Source: Octopus sinensis (lineage: Eukaryota). Taken from it: 64,000 nucleotides of DNA. Positions 12,773 to 25,648 of the stretch are shown here, piece by piece. Under the pieces are notes generated by a model. That model did no database searches. It worked only from the letters and a program-made list of their open reading frames with translations, and was not told the DNA's origin. Where the stretch lies: assembly GCF_006345805.1 (NCBI RefSeq), contig NC_043015.1, forward strand, positions 30,256,001 to 30,320,000. Reading direction: 5' to 3'. Made by a program: the position numbers and the translations under genes. Each line of letters begins with the position of its first letter. Position 1 is the first letter of the stretch.

Positions 12773-13499
12773 GAACTTTCCTTCTGTTAAACAAAGTGCT
12801 GCCCACACACGCAAGCTCCATCTGCCAAGGAACAGAAATCAGGATTTTCTTCTCCATAGTTTCCCAGGACAATACCCCAGTGTAGCTACAGTGTAATGAC
12901 TGAAACAAGTAAAAGAATAAAAGAATATATTTCAAGATTTAAAATACTTTCAAAGGCAATTAAAACCAAATCTTAACCCAGAATGTATCTTAAAATGAAG
13001 GTCATGGCTTTTTTTTTTATTTTTCGGTTTTATCAAAATTTCTAAGACTTCTTAAAGTTTAACACTACATTTTCTTTTTTAAAAAGTTTAATAAGGAAAT
13101 TATATATTTCATGTTCAAATATCAAATTTCGTTGATGGTGCTGATAAGAAGGATGTAGAAGAAGAGGCGAGAAAAGACGATGGAAATAAGGCTGAGGATA
13201 AATGTGATGACAATTAACATGACAACAATGGTGATGATAACGATGATGTATAGTGCATGAGTATCGCTCTGTTTTAAGGTTTAACATTTTCTAAAATGTT
13301 CTTAAAGGTTAAAGACTGCTGTTGTAAGGTTTAACACTCAGCAGTTTTTAAGAAGGAACTTTCTTTATTGATGTTGGTTTTAAAGTTGTAATTATGTAGT
13401 CGTTTTGATTAGATAATTAAAAAAAAAATTATTAAAGTACATACACACACACATGCACATGCAAATATAAGTGTTTGTGTGCATGTATGTTTGTATATG

Positions 13500-13536
<37 letters not shown>

Positions 13537-13537
13537 A

Positions 13538-13856
13538 TAAAAGGGCACCATTCAAGTGTGATCATTAACTAAGTCGCCTTACTGGCACCTGTGCTGGTGG
13601 CATGTGTAAAAGGATTCAAGTGTGGCCGTTGCCAGTACCGCCTGACTGGCCCCAGTGCCGGTGGCACGTAAAAAGCACCCACTACACTCTCAGAGTGGTT
13701 AACATTAGGAAGGGCATCCAACTGTAGAAACTCTGCCAGATCAAGATTGGAGCCTGGTGCAGCCATCTGGTTTGCCAGCCCTCAGTCAAAATTGTCCAAC
13801 CCATGCTAGCATGGAAAGCGGACGTTAAACGATGATGATGATGATGATGATGATGA
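13538..13856 (+). mobile_element. Family D (RTE 3' end)
   Basis: Same 3' terminus and (GAT)n tail. Confidence 0.85.
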
Positions 13857-14601
13857 TATATGTACACATACATACACACACATACACACCTGATGCTACC
13901 TTGCTTTTTTTAAATGACTTATTTACTGTTCACTTTCTGTGTATTATTCTATGCATTGTTCATGCACTTTTGGCTACTTTTTCTGATGATGCACTTTTGG
14001 CTCGTTTTTCTGAGCACCTGAGCAATGTATACAATAATTTCATTATAATATTTTTCCACACACACACACAACACACACACACACACACACAACACACACA
14101 CACAAACAAACATACATATAATCCATGTCAATTGTTTCTTTTGCACCCTATGATACAGTCTACTTTTTAATCTCCCTCACTGCTTTTTCTTTTCATTCTT
14201 GTTGATCTACAAAATATAATATAAAATAAAATAGATAAATAAAAAAAATAGTAAAATATGAAGAAGCAATGACTGTTTTTTTAAAAACAAACCAAGCTGT
14301 ACCATAAGATACAAAAGAAATAATTAGGAACCATTATAGTCAATCTCAGCACACAATTGCATAATATAATATAAATACACACATGTGTGTGTGTGTATGT
14401 ACATACACACACACACACACACACATACACACATGCATATAACATGCTTGCCATGTAGCTCAGTATCATAAATTTTGTCATCTCTCATATCTATTTTCTC
14501 TTCCCTCTCTCCTTATTTTGACTTTTTCTTTAATAAAAGGTATAATCTGAAACCTTAGATTCACTTCTAATCCTTTCATTTGGGATTTTATTTTCAGTAG
14601 A

Positions 14602-14647
14602 TCCCAAGATCTAGGCGGCGGCCGGGGTTCGATTCCCTGATTGGGAA
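14602..14647 (+). pseudogene. Internally deleted tRNA-Glu-like fragment
   Basis: TCCCAA/TTGGGA acceptor-stem pairing plus a discriminator A; T-arm CGGGG-TTCGATT-CCCTG; most of the D arm and the anticodon arm are missing. Confidence 0.4.
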
Positions 14648-14656
14648 AGCTACTTT

Positions 14657-14941
14657 GGCCGTTGCCAGCCTCGCCTGGCCCCCGTGCCGGTGGCACGTAA
14701 AAAGCACCATCTGTCCATGGCCGTTTGCCAGCCCCGCCTAGCACCTGTGCCGGTGGCACATAAAAAGCACCCACTACACTCACGGAGTGGTTGGCACTAG
14801 GAAGGGCATCCAGCTGTAGAAACACTGCCAGATCAGACTGGGCCTGGCGCAGCTTTCTGGCTTCCCAGACCCCAGTTGAACCGTCCAACCCATGCTAGCA
14901 TGGAAAGCAGACGCTAAATGATGATGATGATGATGATGATA
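14657..14941 (+). mobile_element. Family D (RTE 3' end)
   Basis: Same 3' terminus and (GAT)n tail. Confidence 0.85.
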
Positions 14942-15772
14942 CACATTCAGTTATTGTTTCGTTACATTTTTAAATGGTTTTTCCCATTCATATTTCACTT
15001 GACTAACTTCATAAATTATTTTATTTGTCATATCATCTCCTTAATATTCTTCCTTGTTTTACTTGCCTTTTTTGATGTACTATTTATGTATGTATATGTG
15101 TGTGTGTGTCTTTGTTTATACATACTCATATACATGTTCAGGTGGATTATAAGTTTACTGTGGTAGTTTTTTGCTGGTAATCTTAATCTGTTGCCAAATT
15201 TATTACTGCCTCCTGGACCTTGAGAATACTTCCCTCCTTCTTTCCCATAAGCCTAGGAGGTCATGCAAAGGGTCATAGACACTGCCTTCCCTCCTGACTA
15301 AAAAAAAAAAAAAGAATGATATATGCGCAGGAGTGGTTGTTCGGTAAGGAGCTTGCTAACCAACCACATGGTTCTGGGTTCAGTCCTGCTGCACCTTGGA
15401 CAAGTGGATTTGGGAGATAGAAACTGAAAGAAGCCTGGTTCTTATTCTACCAGTATCTTTTGTTGAACAGCTAAGTTACGGGACATAAACACACCAACAC
15501 CAGTTATCAAGTGATGGTGAGGAACAACCACAGATACAAAGATGTGTGCATGGACACACACACACGCACACACAAACACACATGCATACACATATATACC
15601 CCAAGCATGGTTTCTTGTTACTCTTATTATTTCACCAGTCTTGGAGGTCTGATAAAAAGCCATGAGCACCACCCTTTTTTTCTTTATCTAATCTATATCC
15701 TCACCTCAAATAAAACCACCCTGACATACATGCATATGCACACAAACACACATGTCATCAAGCAGGGCCTTA

Positions 15773-16200
15773 GTCTCAAGCATTTGTCTTATGAAGAAAG
15801 GCTGAAGACGCTCGACCTTTATTCTCTCGAAAAACGCCGCCACCGTGGTGATCTCATTCTTGCTGACAACATCATAAACGGAAAGTGTAACCTCTCGAAA
15901 GAGCTGTTCTTCACTCCTGCTCCAGAGCGTCGGCTGCGGGGTCACTCCGAAAAGCTCTATCTGCAACAATTTCATCTCAATCGAAGGAGAGGGGCTTTCT
16001 CCGTCCGGGTTGCGGATCCGTGGAATAAGCTGCCGGACGAGATAGTGAAGATGCCGACGACCGCTCGGTTCAAAGTCTCTCTTGACCTGAAATGGCCTGA
16101 ACTCCTTGCACGAACACCACCCTGTACATAACTCCATGTCCCCCTACATGGCTTTGCTTTTTGCTTTTTGAACCAAAAAATTAACTTAACTTAACTTAAC
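15773..16200 (+). mobile_element. CR1-clade LINE 3' fragment (ORF2 C-terminus, 3' UTR, (TTAAC)n tail)
   Basis: LKHLSYEERLKTLDLYSLEKRRHRGDLI...RLRGHSEKL...FSVRVADPWNKLPDEIV is the typical CR1 ORF2 C-terminus; ends in ttaacttaacttaac. Confidence 0.9.
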
Positions 16201-16567
16201 TGTTTCATGTTAATGTAGTCGAGTCAGCCGAAATGAGTACCAAGTTAGTCCTGGCACATCTTGCTTTTCCTCCAACTGTTTCATCTTAAATGTCCCACTG
16301 GGTCTCTAGTGTGAGGACCAACAAGGTGTCTCCATCAGCTCATAACTATACAAGTACCTCAAATTTCTTTGTACTGCTGATTTGTTCTTTATGGTTGCCC
16401 CCACGTGATTGTCCTTAGCTGGGCTTTAAAATTCAATGCTTGGACACATACATGCATACACATGCACACACACACACACACACACCACACACACACACCA
16501 CACACACACAAACACACACACACACACACACACAACACACACATCTGTGTGTTATATATATGCACAT

Positions 16568-16790
16568 GAAGGTGGCGAGCTGGCAGAAACGTTAGCATGC
16601 TGGGCGAAATGCTTAGTGGTATTTCGTCTGTCTTTACGTTCTGAGTTTAAATACTGCTGAGGTCGACTTTGCCTTTCATCCTTTCAGGGTTGATAAATTA
16701 AGTACCAGTTGTGTACTGGGGTCGATCTAATCAACAGGCCCCCTTCCCCCAAAAGTTCGAGCATTGTGCCTAAAGTAGACATGGATATAT
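16568..16790 (+). mobile_element. SINE family A variant
   Basis: ggtggcgagctggcagaaacgttagc head and gtcgactttgcctttcatcc core, with a different 3' end. Confidence 0.8.
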
Positions 16791-16831
16791 ATGTACACAT
16801 CTGTTTAACTGTGTGTCTGTCTATATGTCTC

Positions 16832-16874
<43 letters not shown>

Positions 16875-17391
16875 TGTGTGTGCTTCCTACTATGCCATAG
16901 CAAATTATTTGCTTTGCCATTATGATTTAATTCTAAGTAGAATGATAGTGTTATTTAGTACAAACATAAATATGGTTTATCCTTGACATGTTAATTGAAT
17001 ATAATGATGTATAATTTTCTATAGGCCTGGCTGTGTGTTTTACAAGTTTCAGCCTCAAAACGACATGGTTTTGGGTTCGGCCCCACTGTGTGATACCTTC
17101 AGCTGGTGACTTCTGATAAAGTCCCAAGCCTCACGAATGCCTTGTGAGTAGATTTGTTAGACAGAAGCTGAAAGAAGTCTGTCTAAAATACATATATAGA
17201 GATGTGTGTGTGTGTGTGTGTGTAAATGATTCGTTTAGGTATAATGAGACTAAGAGCCTGTAGAACTCAATATGCTTATGGTCCAGAACACAATGTTATA
17301 TGAATAACACTGTAAAGAACCAAAAGTTTATGTAATGAACTTCGTTACCTTACAGTTGTTTCTGCTGTAAGATATATATATATATGTATGT

Positions 17392-18062
17392 CATCATCAT
17401 CATCGTTTAACGTCCGTTTTCCATGCTAGCATGGGTTGGACGGTTCGACCGGGGATCTGGGAAGCCAGAAGGCTGCACCAGGCTCCAGTCTGATCTGGCA
17501 GTGTTTCTACAGCTGGATGCCCTTCCTAATGCCAACCACTCCATAAGTGTAGTGGGTGCTTTTTATGTGCCAGGTGAGGCTGGCAATGGCCTCGATCAGT
17601 TGGTACTTTTTACGTGCCACCGGCATGGAAGCCAGTCAAGGCTGTGCTGGCATCGACCATGTTTGGATGGTGCTTTTTGTGTGCCACTGGCACAGGGATC
17701 ACAGCTACAATTTCCATTGATTTTGATGTTGATATACTTGACTCAATGGATCTCCTCAAGCACAGGGTCGAAACGGTGTTTCTTTACTTGCCACCTACAC
17801 AGGAGTCAGTCCAGCGGCACTGGCAACGGCCAGGTGCCAGTCATAGGATTTGGTTCAATTTCGATTTCACTTGCCCCAACAGGTCTTCGCAAGAAGAGTT
17901 TAGTGTCCAATGAAGAGAAGTTTGGCATGTGTGCCAGTCGTTGGATGAGGTTTGATTTCGAATTCAATTTCAATTTCAGTTGCCTCAACAGGTCTTCGCA
18001 AGCAGAGTTTTGTGTCCAAAGAAGAAAAGGTATGCATAAGTGGGCTGACTACATCCCTGGTG
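17392..18062 (-). mobile_element. Family D, long copy (RTE 3' UTR)
   Basis: (CAT)n then cgtttaacgtccgttttccatgctagc; extends into sequence shared with 21190-21789. Confidence 0.85.
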
Positions 18063-18433
18063 CACTACAGAACTAGTCCAGGAACTTTGTGGTGCCACCT
18101 TGTGCACTAAGACACATCCAACTTTCTAACTATTCTCTTTTGTTAAACTTTTATCCTTGATTTCTCAGTCTTACAACATCATTCTTACTTGGTCATTCTT
18201 TTCACATCAAATATTCTCAAATTCAGTTGTTTTCCCTTCATTTCCTAGCTTTCAGATGACTGACCAGAGTTATGCAACGTTCTGCATTCTACACGACAAA
18301 TAAACTTTATGTTCTTCCAAAACTTTACATTGATTGGCTTTTTTTGCCAACATAGACCACCACCAGTTTCTTGGATTCCATATTTTACCCTATTGCAATA
18401 TTGGATTTTAGACCCTAATAATGAAATTACACG

Positions 18434-18743
18434 TGGAGGCACATGGCCTAGTGGTTAGAGCAGTGGACTTGCGGGCGAGGGATCACAGGTTCGAATCTCA
18501 GACCGGGCGATGTGTATGTTTATGAGCAAAACACCTAAGCTCCACGCGGCTCCGGCAGAAGGTGATGGCAAACTTCTGCTGACTCTTTCGCCACAACTTT
18601 CTCTCACTCTTTCCTCCTGCATCTTGCAGCTCAACTGCAATGGACCGGCTTCCTGTCCAGGTGGGGAACCTATACGCCAAGGAAACCGGGAAAGCCGGCC
18701 CTTATGAGCCAGAAATGGCTCGAGAAGGAACAAACAAACAAAC
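18434..18743 (+). mobile_element. SINE family C, tail type 2 ((AAAC)n end)
   Basis: C-type head and core up to tttctctcactcttt, then a distinct tail ending gagaaggaacaaacaaacaaac. Confidence 0.85.
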
Positions 18744-19182
18744 ATTTTATTGCTAATATTGTTGGGGTTTTAATACAAAATCAGTAGTTGGAATATTGAT
18801 AGCTTAGCAAACCTTTTGTGAAATGTCAGTGGTTCAGTGAACCAGTTGTTAAAATTTTGGCAGCTCACCACTGGTTATTGCCCTTTATGTTGTTTGTGTA
18901 TGTAGGTTGGGTGGTGGTGTGTAAAGGTGTATGGCTGTGTGTGTCTGTGTGTGTATGTAGGTCTGTGAACATGGATGCGTGTGTAGATATGCATGTATAT
19001 GTATTTCCATGTGCATAGGTGTGGGTTAACACATGTTTGAATGTGTGTAAGTGGGTAGGAGTGTGTATGTAGATGTGAAAGTATGTGTGTGAATGTGTAT
19101 GTGTGTGTATGTGTGAATGTGTGTGTATGTATAGCTGTGTATATGTGTGTTACCAATAATTGGCATTATTGAAGATAATGTC

Positions 19183-19740
19183 ATCTCTCTCTCTCTCTCT
19201 CCCTCCCTCTCTCCCCCTATCTCTTTTCCTCTATCTCTCCCTCTCCCCCCTCTCTCCCTATCTCTCTCCCTCTCTCTCTTCTTCTTTCTTTTTCTCCCTC
19301 CTTCCGTCCATTTCTTCTGTTTCTCTTTCTCATTCTTTTAATATACTTTTCTTCTTTCTGTCTTTCTTCAAACATTTTATCACTTTCATCTCTGTCCTCT
19401 TTACCTTTTCTTTCCCTTACAACCTTTCTTCACACTCAACCCCACTTTCCATTCACTCTCTCCAGATCTCTCTCTCTCTCTCTTTCATTCTCTCTCACTC
19501 CCCTCCCTCAAACTCCCCCTGTTCACAACCTCTCTCTCCACCCAGTTCTTTCTCACAACACACAGACTCACCTTACTTGACATCCACCACCACCCCTATT
19601 CAACCCACCTTTATCCACACCACCTGGCACACCACACCACACCACACCACACCACAATTCTTCAATCTTCTCCCCAATACTTAGCGGCTACCCCCCCCCG
19701 TTCCATTCTGTCCCTCCTCCCACTCTCCTCCTAACTCTCT
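19183..19740. repeat. Pyrimidine-rich (CT/CCA) low-complexity tract
   Basis: About 550 bp of ctctctc/cccacc runs. Confidence 0.85.
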
Positions 19741-20510
19741 AATCATCCATAACCCACCCCTCAACAACCAAACAATTACTTCAGACCACAATAAAACACA
19801 TTATGGCCAATTGGCACCAAAACAGAATTACTTGCTGTCAACTTACCAAACTACAGAAGTAATGTAGATTTTGAGAGAGAGAGAGAGAGAGATCCCCTAC
19901 CACCACTTCCACTCATCACATAGGTTGGCTGAAACTTTTGACATCTCTCATTTGCAATTTCTTCATGTTTTAACAACAAGATTTCTCCCTCCTCCCCTCT
20001 CTCACTTTATATATTTCATTCTGTAATAGCTACCTCTGAAGAGTACAGAGTTACATAATCAGACTGCTACCTAACACTTTGTTGAACCTCTGGTGCGAAA
20101 CTAATTGGTAAGGTCAGCTGTAATGGATATATAATACTGTACACTTTGATTAATATAGTATACACACACAAACACACACACACACACACACCACACACAC
20201 GTATATATATATATAGGCACAAGTGTGACTGTGGTCTGAAGTTTGCTTCCCAACCATTTAGTTCTGGGTTACGTACATATATATAACACACACACACACA
20301 CACACATAGTGTTGGTGTCATTTTTGGAATAGTGGATCTTGAAGCAAATAATGCTATAAATAATCAGAGGTTGTAAATAATTGATTGGAACCTTTCCAAT
20401 CAATTCTTTTCTAGCAATCAGTTAATTGCAATTGGCATACAGGCCAAACAATTATTGCAATTAATTGTCAATTATTTTGCCGAACATAAAAAACACCATA
20501 TATTTTATAG

Positions 20511-20900
20511 TACTCTTTACTCTTTTACTTGTTTCAGTCATATGACTGCAGCCATGCTGGAGCACCGCCTTTAATCGAGCAAATCGACCCCGGGACTTAT
20601 TCTTTGTAAGCCCAGTACTTATTCTATCGGTCTCTTTTGCCGAACTGCTAAGTAACGGGGACGTAAACACACCAGCATCGGTTGTCAAGCAATGCTAGGG
20701 GGACAAACACACACATACATAAATATATATACATATATACGACAGGCTTCTTTCAGTTTCCGTCTACCAAATCTACTCACAAGGCATTGGTCGGCCCGGG
20801 GCTATAGCAGAAGACATTTGCCCAAGATGCCACGCAGTGGGACTGAATCCGGAACCATGTGGCTGGTTAGCAAGCTACTTACCACACAGCCACTCCTGCA
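20511..20900 (-). mobile_element. SINE family B
   Basis: Full-length reverse-complement copy. Confidence 0.9.
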
Positions 20901-20931
20901 TAAGAATTAGCACTTCCTTCTCTAAGCCTAG

Positions 20932-21114
20932 ATTCGAAACCGAATCCAAGAATCCTCGGTCGTCCAAACCACAACGATCAACGGGCGCGAAAAAAGGTTT
21001 GCTTTGTTCTGTCAAAAAGTGATTGATCATCTCCCTTTGACCTGCGACCTCAGCCACATCAGGCGAAGTTCAACTGGACAAGCGCTGACCTACTTAGGTA
21101 CTAACTCTGCTGCA
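20932..21114 (+). CDS. Candidate internal exon (61 codons, phase 0/0), product unknown
   Basis: cttccttctctaagcctAG | 183 nt open (IRNRIQESSVVQTTTINGREKRFALFCQKVIDHLPLTCDLSHIRRSSTGQALTYLGTNSAA) | GTATGT; CpG-rich; not repeated in the window; no recognised homology. Confidence 0.25.
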
Positions 21115-21189
21115 GTATGTCTGTCTTTCTAGCTGCCACAAATATTATAAGACCAAGTGAAACAGGAGCAGTGGGGTGAAATCATAATC

Positions 21190-21789
21190 ATCATCATCAT
21201 CATCGTTTAATGTCTGTTTTCCATGCTAGCATGGGTTGGACGGTTCAACTGGGGTCTGGGAAGCCAGAAGGCTGCGCCAGGCCCAGTCTGATCTGGCAGT
21301 GTTCCTACAGCTGGATGCCCTTCCTAACGCCAACCACTCCGAGAGTGTAGTGGGTGCTTTTTATGTGCCACCCGCACAGGTGCCAGACGAGGCTGGCAAA
21401 CGGCCACGACCGGACGGTGCTTTTTACGTGCCACCGGCATGGAGGCCAGTCGGGGAGGCGCTGGCAACGGCCACGTTCGGATGGTTCTCTTATGTGCCAC
21501 CGGCACTGGTATCTCAGCTACAATTTCCATTGATGTTGAAAGATTTCGATTTCGATTTTCACTTGCCTCAACAGGTCTTCACAAGTAGGGTTTGTGTCAC
21601 AAGAAGGAAAGGTATGCATAAGTGGGCTGGCTACGTCCCAGGTAGAGGCCATGGGTTATGGTCTCACTTGTCCTGCCGGGTCTTCCCACACACAGCATAC
21701 TTCCAAAGGTCTCGGTCTCTGGTCATTTCCTCGGTGAGACCTAAAGTTCGAAGGTGTTCCTCACCACCTCGTCCCAGGTTTTCCTGGGT
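21190..21789 (-). mobile_element. RTE-clade LINE, 5'-truncated (ORF C-terminus plus family D 3' UTR)
   Basis: Minus 21789-21664 reads PRKTWDEVVR / frameshift / LRTLGLTEEMTRDRDLWKYAVCGKTRQDK*, continuous with the family D 3' end and (GAT)n tail. Confidence 0.85.
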
Positions 21790-22289
21790 AATCACCATAT
21801 TCACTCCCACCAAAATTTGCTGGTCTTGTGTCAAAAATTGAAACTATAATTGTTGTTGTTTAGCTGCTCATTTGACCCTGAATGCTCAGACCTATGACCA
21901 AAGCCCTTCCAATAATGACCACTCCATTTTTTCTTTTTTCCCCCCTTCCGGTCTATGTGAGGTAACTGTTCTGCAGATGACCTGTTGTGCTATTTCCTAC
22001 AGTTAAGTAGAACTGAGGTAATGCAGAATTAATTGTACTGCAGTGTAGATGACCTCCTGACATCTGACCTGATGGTCAATACTAAATCGACTCATTTTGG
22101 TCATAGTGTTGTTGTTGTTGTTCTTGTTGCTGTTCAGCCTTAGATCAAACCCAATCAAGTTAAACCTATGATCAAAGACGTTCCGCCCATGCCCATCTTG
22201 TCGTTTTTACGTTGCTTAATGCATCATTTCAGTTTTTAAAACAGCTGGGTACAATTTGACGGGTCATGATGAGGATTCTGTTGTCTTGT

Positions 22290-23115
22290 GATGGGGGTGG
22301 TGGTGACAGTGGTGATGATAGGGGTGGTAGTAATTAAGAGTATCGTGTGTCGTAACGGTAGTTTTAATGACAACAGTGGTGGTAGTGGCGGCGATGGTGG
22401 TAGTGGTAGCAGTGGTGTACACGAGCGAGCGTAGTGAAGAAGACGTGTTCGTTTAGAAAGTCAAAGCAGGTCACCACTTTAGCAAGGCATGATGGCAAGT
22501 CAATAATGCAGTGCTGTTATTGTTATAATGTAAGAAAGCAATGATGATGATGATGATGGTAGTGATGGTGATGGTGATGGTGATGGTGAAAATGGTAGTG
22601 ATGTAACTCTGTTAGGTGCCAAAATAACCATAACCGCAACCACTACTACCACCATCAGTCACTAGTCATCATCATCGTCATTCTTACATTCACCACCACT
22701 GCTGCCGCTGTCACTATTACCACCACCACTACTACCACCACTGTCACCACCATCACCACCACCACTACTACTACCACCACCACCACCACCACCACCACCA
22801 CTGTCACTACAACCAACACCATGATAATCACTACTACCATTATCAACACTGCTACCACCACTATGATTACCATCCTCGGAACCATTACCCAACACTTACT
22901 ACCACCTACGCAGTCACCGCAATCGCTACCATCATTACCACCACCATTACCACCACCACTACCACCTCCACTACCACTACTGCCACCAACATCATTTAAC
23001 ATCACCACATCACCCCCATCATTGCCATTATCACTGTAACTATCATCATCATCATCATCACCACCATCGTCACTGTTGTCACAATTGTACACACCACCAT
23101 ATATACCTATTACCA
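22290..23115. repeat. Trinucleotide low-complexity region: (GGT/GAT)n block followed by an (ACC/CAT)n block
   Basis: Strand asymmetry flips at about 22620; source of the G/V/P-rich ORFs. Confidence 0.85.
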
Positions 23116-24331
23116 TCCGCTGAAGGGAGCTTTGATGTAGCCGCCTGGCATGCTAGAAACAGCAGTCAAATCCCCATTCACCCTCGAAACACACCTTACA
23201 GAAAGCAGGATGCATTATATAATGTAGTCACAGACATGCTGTGCTAGAGGAGAAGATAGAATGGTTGAGGCTGAAACAAATGCCTTTGAACGAAGGTCTG
23301 TCTACTTAATCAGGTCTGAGCTGGGAATAGACAACCTATATCAGTAGAGCTAATATTTGTAATGGTTGTCATTCGGAATTTTAGCTCACAGACACATATA
23401 TAGATTGAAGAGTATTTCTTATTTCTTAAGCCCTATTTTTTGTTTCTATATATATATCTTTCTCTCTCCACCTTTACCAGTTTACCCCACCATATGACAA
23501 GTAAAAACTATTTATTGCATAACATTAAGAAGCTTAAGGTAATTTTCCCATTAGCTTCCTTAAAAATTGAGATTAAAGAAAACAAAAGCCAGGAAAAACC
23601 GAGGATAATTTTGATGAGTTTTTTCAGCTTAAAACAATTTCCCCCATAGGAATTTCCCCTAATTTCCTTCTGGTTAAGAATTACAAGAATGGTCTGTTTG
23701 AAGATTGTCACACCAACTAAAGGCTATTTTAACACCTTGTTTTACTAGCTCTCTCCCTCACTTTCTCTCTCTCTCTTTTTCTCCCTCTCTCTCTCTCTCT
23801 CCCCTCTCTCTGTCTTTCTCTCTTTCTCTTTCTTTCTCTTTCTCATGCACAAACACACAAAAGCACACAGATGCACGCACGCACATACGCACACAAGCAT
23901 CAACACCAGCAACTACCAGCATGACCAACAGAACACAGCCAACACCACCAGCACTACAAATGCTACCATCACAACCAAAGTCAATACCAATATCACCACT
24001 GATACCATCAATGCTGCAAGCACTAACCAACACCTCCACCACCACCACCATCACCACCACCACTGACTTCACCATCACCAGTATTATAACTGCTGTTTCT
24101 TACTGTTGGTGTTACTCATACCAAAAAAAAGCCAACAGTGACCACTACCATCAACGGTCGCTGTTGTCAGTGATGACCATCACCACCACTACCATCACCC
24201 CTACAATAACTTCCATCACAATCATAACAAACACCACCATCAATGCCATTTTGCCATCACATCATTAGATTTACTCACATGTGTGTTTGAGCACAATATG
24301 TGTGTGTGTGTGTTTGTGTATGCACACACAC

Positions 24332-24339
<8 letters not shown>

Positions 24340-24398
<59 letters not shown>

Positions 24399-24562
24399 TA
24401 ATATCTATATAATCAACATGTAGAATAGATTGATAGATAGATAGATAGATAGAAGAGAGAGATAAGAGAATGAGGGAGAGAGACAGTAGGAGAGAAATAA
24501 TATCTCTCTATATATATATGTATATATATATATGTATATATATATGTATGTATATATGTATG

Positions 24563-24637
<75 letters not shown>

Positions 24638-24661
24638 TTATCTATATATATATATATATCT

Positions 24662-24730
<69 letters not shown>

Positions 24731-24880
24731 TATCTATATAATCAACATGTAGAATAGATTGATAGATAGAGAGAGAGATAAGAGAATGAGGGAGAGAGAC
24801 AGTAGGAGAGAAATAATATCTCTCTATATATATATGTATGTATATATATATGTATATATATATGTATGTATATATGTATG

Positions 24881-24928
<48 letters not shown>

Positions 24929-24929
24929 C

Positions 24930-24960
<31 letters not shown>

Positions 24961-24965
24961 ATATA

Positions 24966-25007
<42 letters not shown>

Positions 25008-25085
25008 GAGAGAGAGAGAGAATAGATTGATAGATAGATAGAGAGAGGGGGGGAGAGATAATATCTATATAATCAATACATATAT
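24340..25085. repeat. About 325-bp tandem duplication (2 copies plus a partial third) of (TA)n/(GA)n-laden sequence
   Basis: Unique anchors gagataatatctatataatcaacatgtagaatag and gagggagagagacagtaggagagaaataatatctc each occur twice. Confidence 0.85.
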
Positions 25086-25357
25086 ATATACACGCACACA
25101 CACAGACTTGGGACGAGAAAGAAACGGTGAAAGTGGGAAGAGATAAACTGGTTGACAGAGAACCTGATAGAAAGAGTGGGAGGTTGTGAGAGACAAAAGA
25201 GAAAGTAAGAGAGGCAAAGGGAGAGAGAAACTGAGCGAAAGAAAGAGACTGAGTGAGTGAGAGAGAGAGAGAGAAAGAGACTGAGTGAGTGAGAGAGAGA
25301 GTAAGTGTGAGATTCCATTCAGTGGCTGAAACAGCCATTTGTGTGATTCGGCTCGCT

Positions 25358-25390
25358 TATATAACACGGCGGGCTGAATGAATTCAACGA
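25358..25390 (+). promoter_or_regulatory. Candidate TATA box (TATATAA 25358-25364) with an initiator-like TCA about 28 nt downstream
   Basis: Located in a locally CpG-rich, non-repetitive segment upstream of a candidate first exon. Confidence 0.35.
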
Positions 25391-25637
25391 GAATTTCTCT
25401 ACGAATTTGATACCCACTGACCGATAGTGACATCACTATTTTAATGAAAATTAAGGAGTATTACTGGCCGAGAGTGGACACATTGAGAGGACGGAAGATA
25501 AAAAGACAGTCGTCGCTCGTTTAGTTACGTCGACGGAGAAGAGCAGACGACATAACACAAACGCTCACGCGCGCACACACGCATACGCACGCGCATTCAC
25601 ACACACACACACACACGCGGATACACACACACTCAAA

Positions 25638-25648
25638 ATGATTGTCAG
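25638..25648 (+). CDS. Candidate first coding exon segment (ATG ATT GTC AG, phase 2)
   Basis: caaaATG start context immediately followed by a strong donor, CAG|GTAAGC, at 25649. Confidence 0.4.

Noticed and set aside
13125-13250. Acidic stretch VDGADKKDVEEEARKDDGNKAEDKCDDN*
   Set aside because: Short, purine-rich low complexity, ends in a stop, no splice signals or recognisable family.
22655-23116. Gly/Val/Pro/Asp-rich ORFs (also 38548-38938 and 55967-56314)
   Set aside because: Translations of trinucleotide low-complexity tracts, open on several frames and strands.
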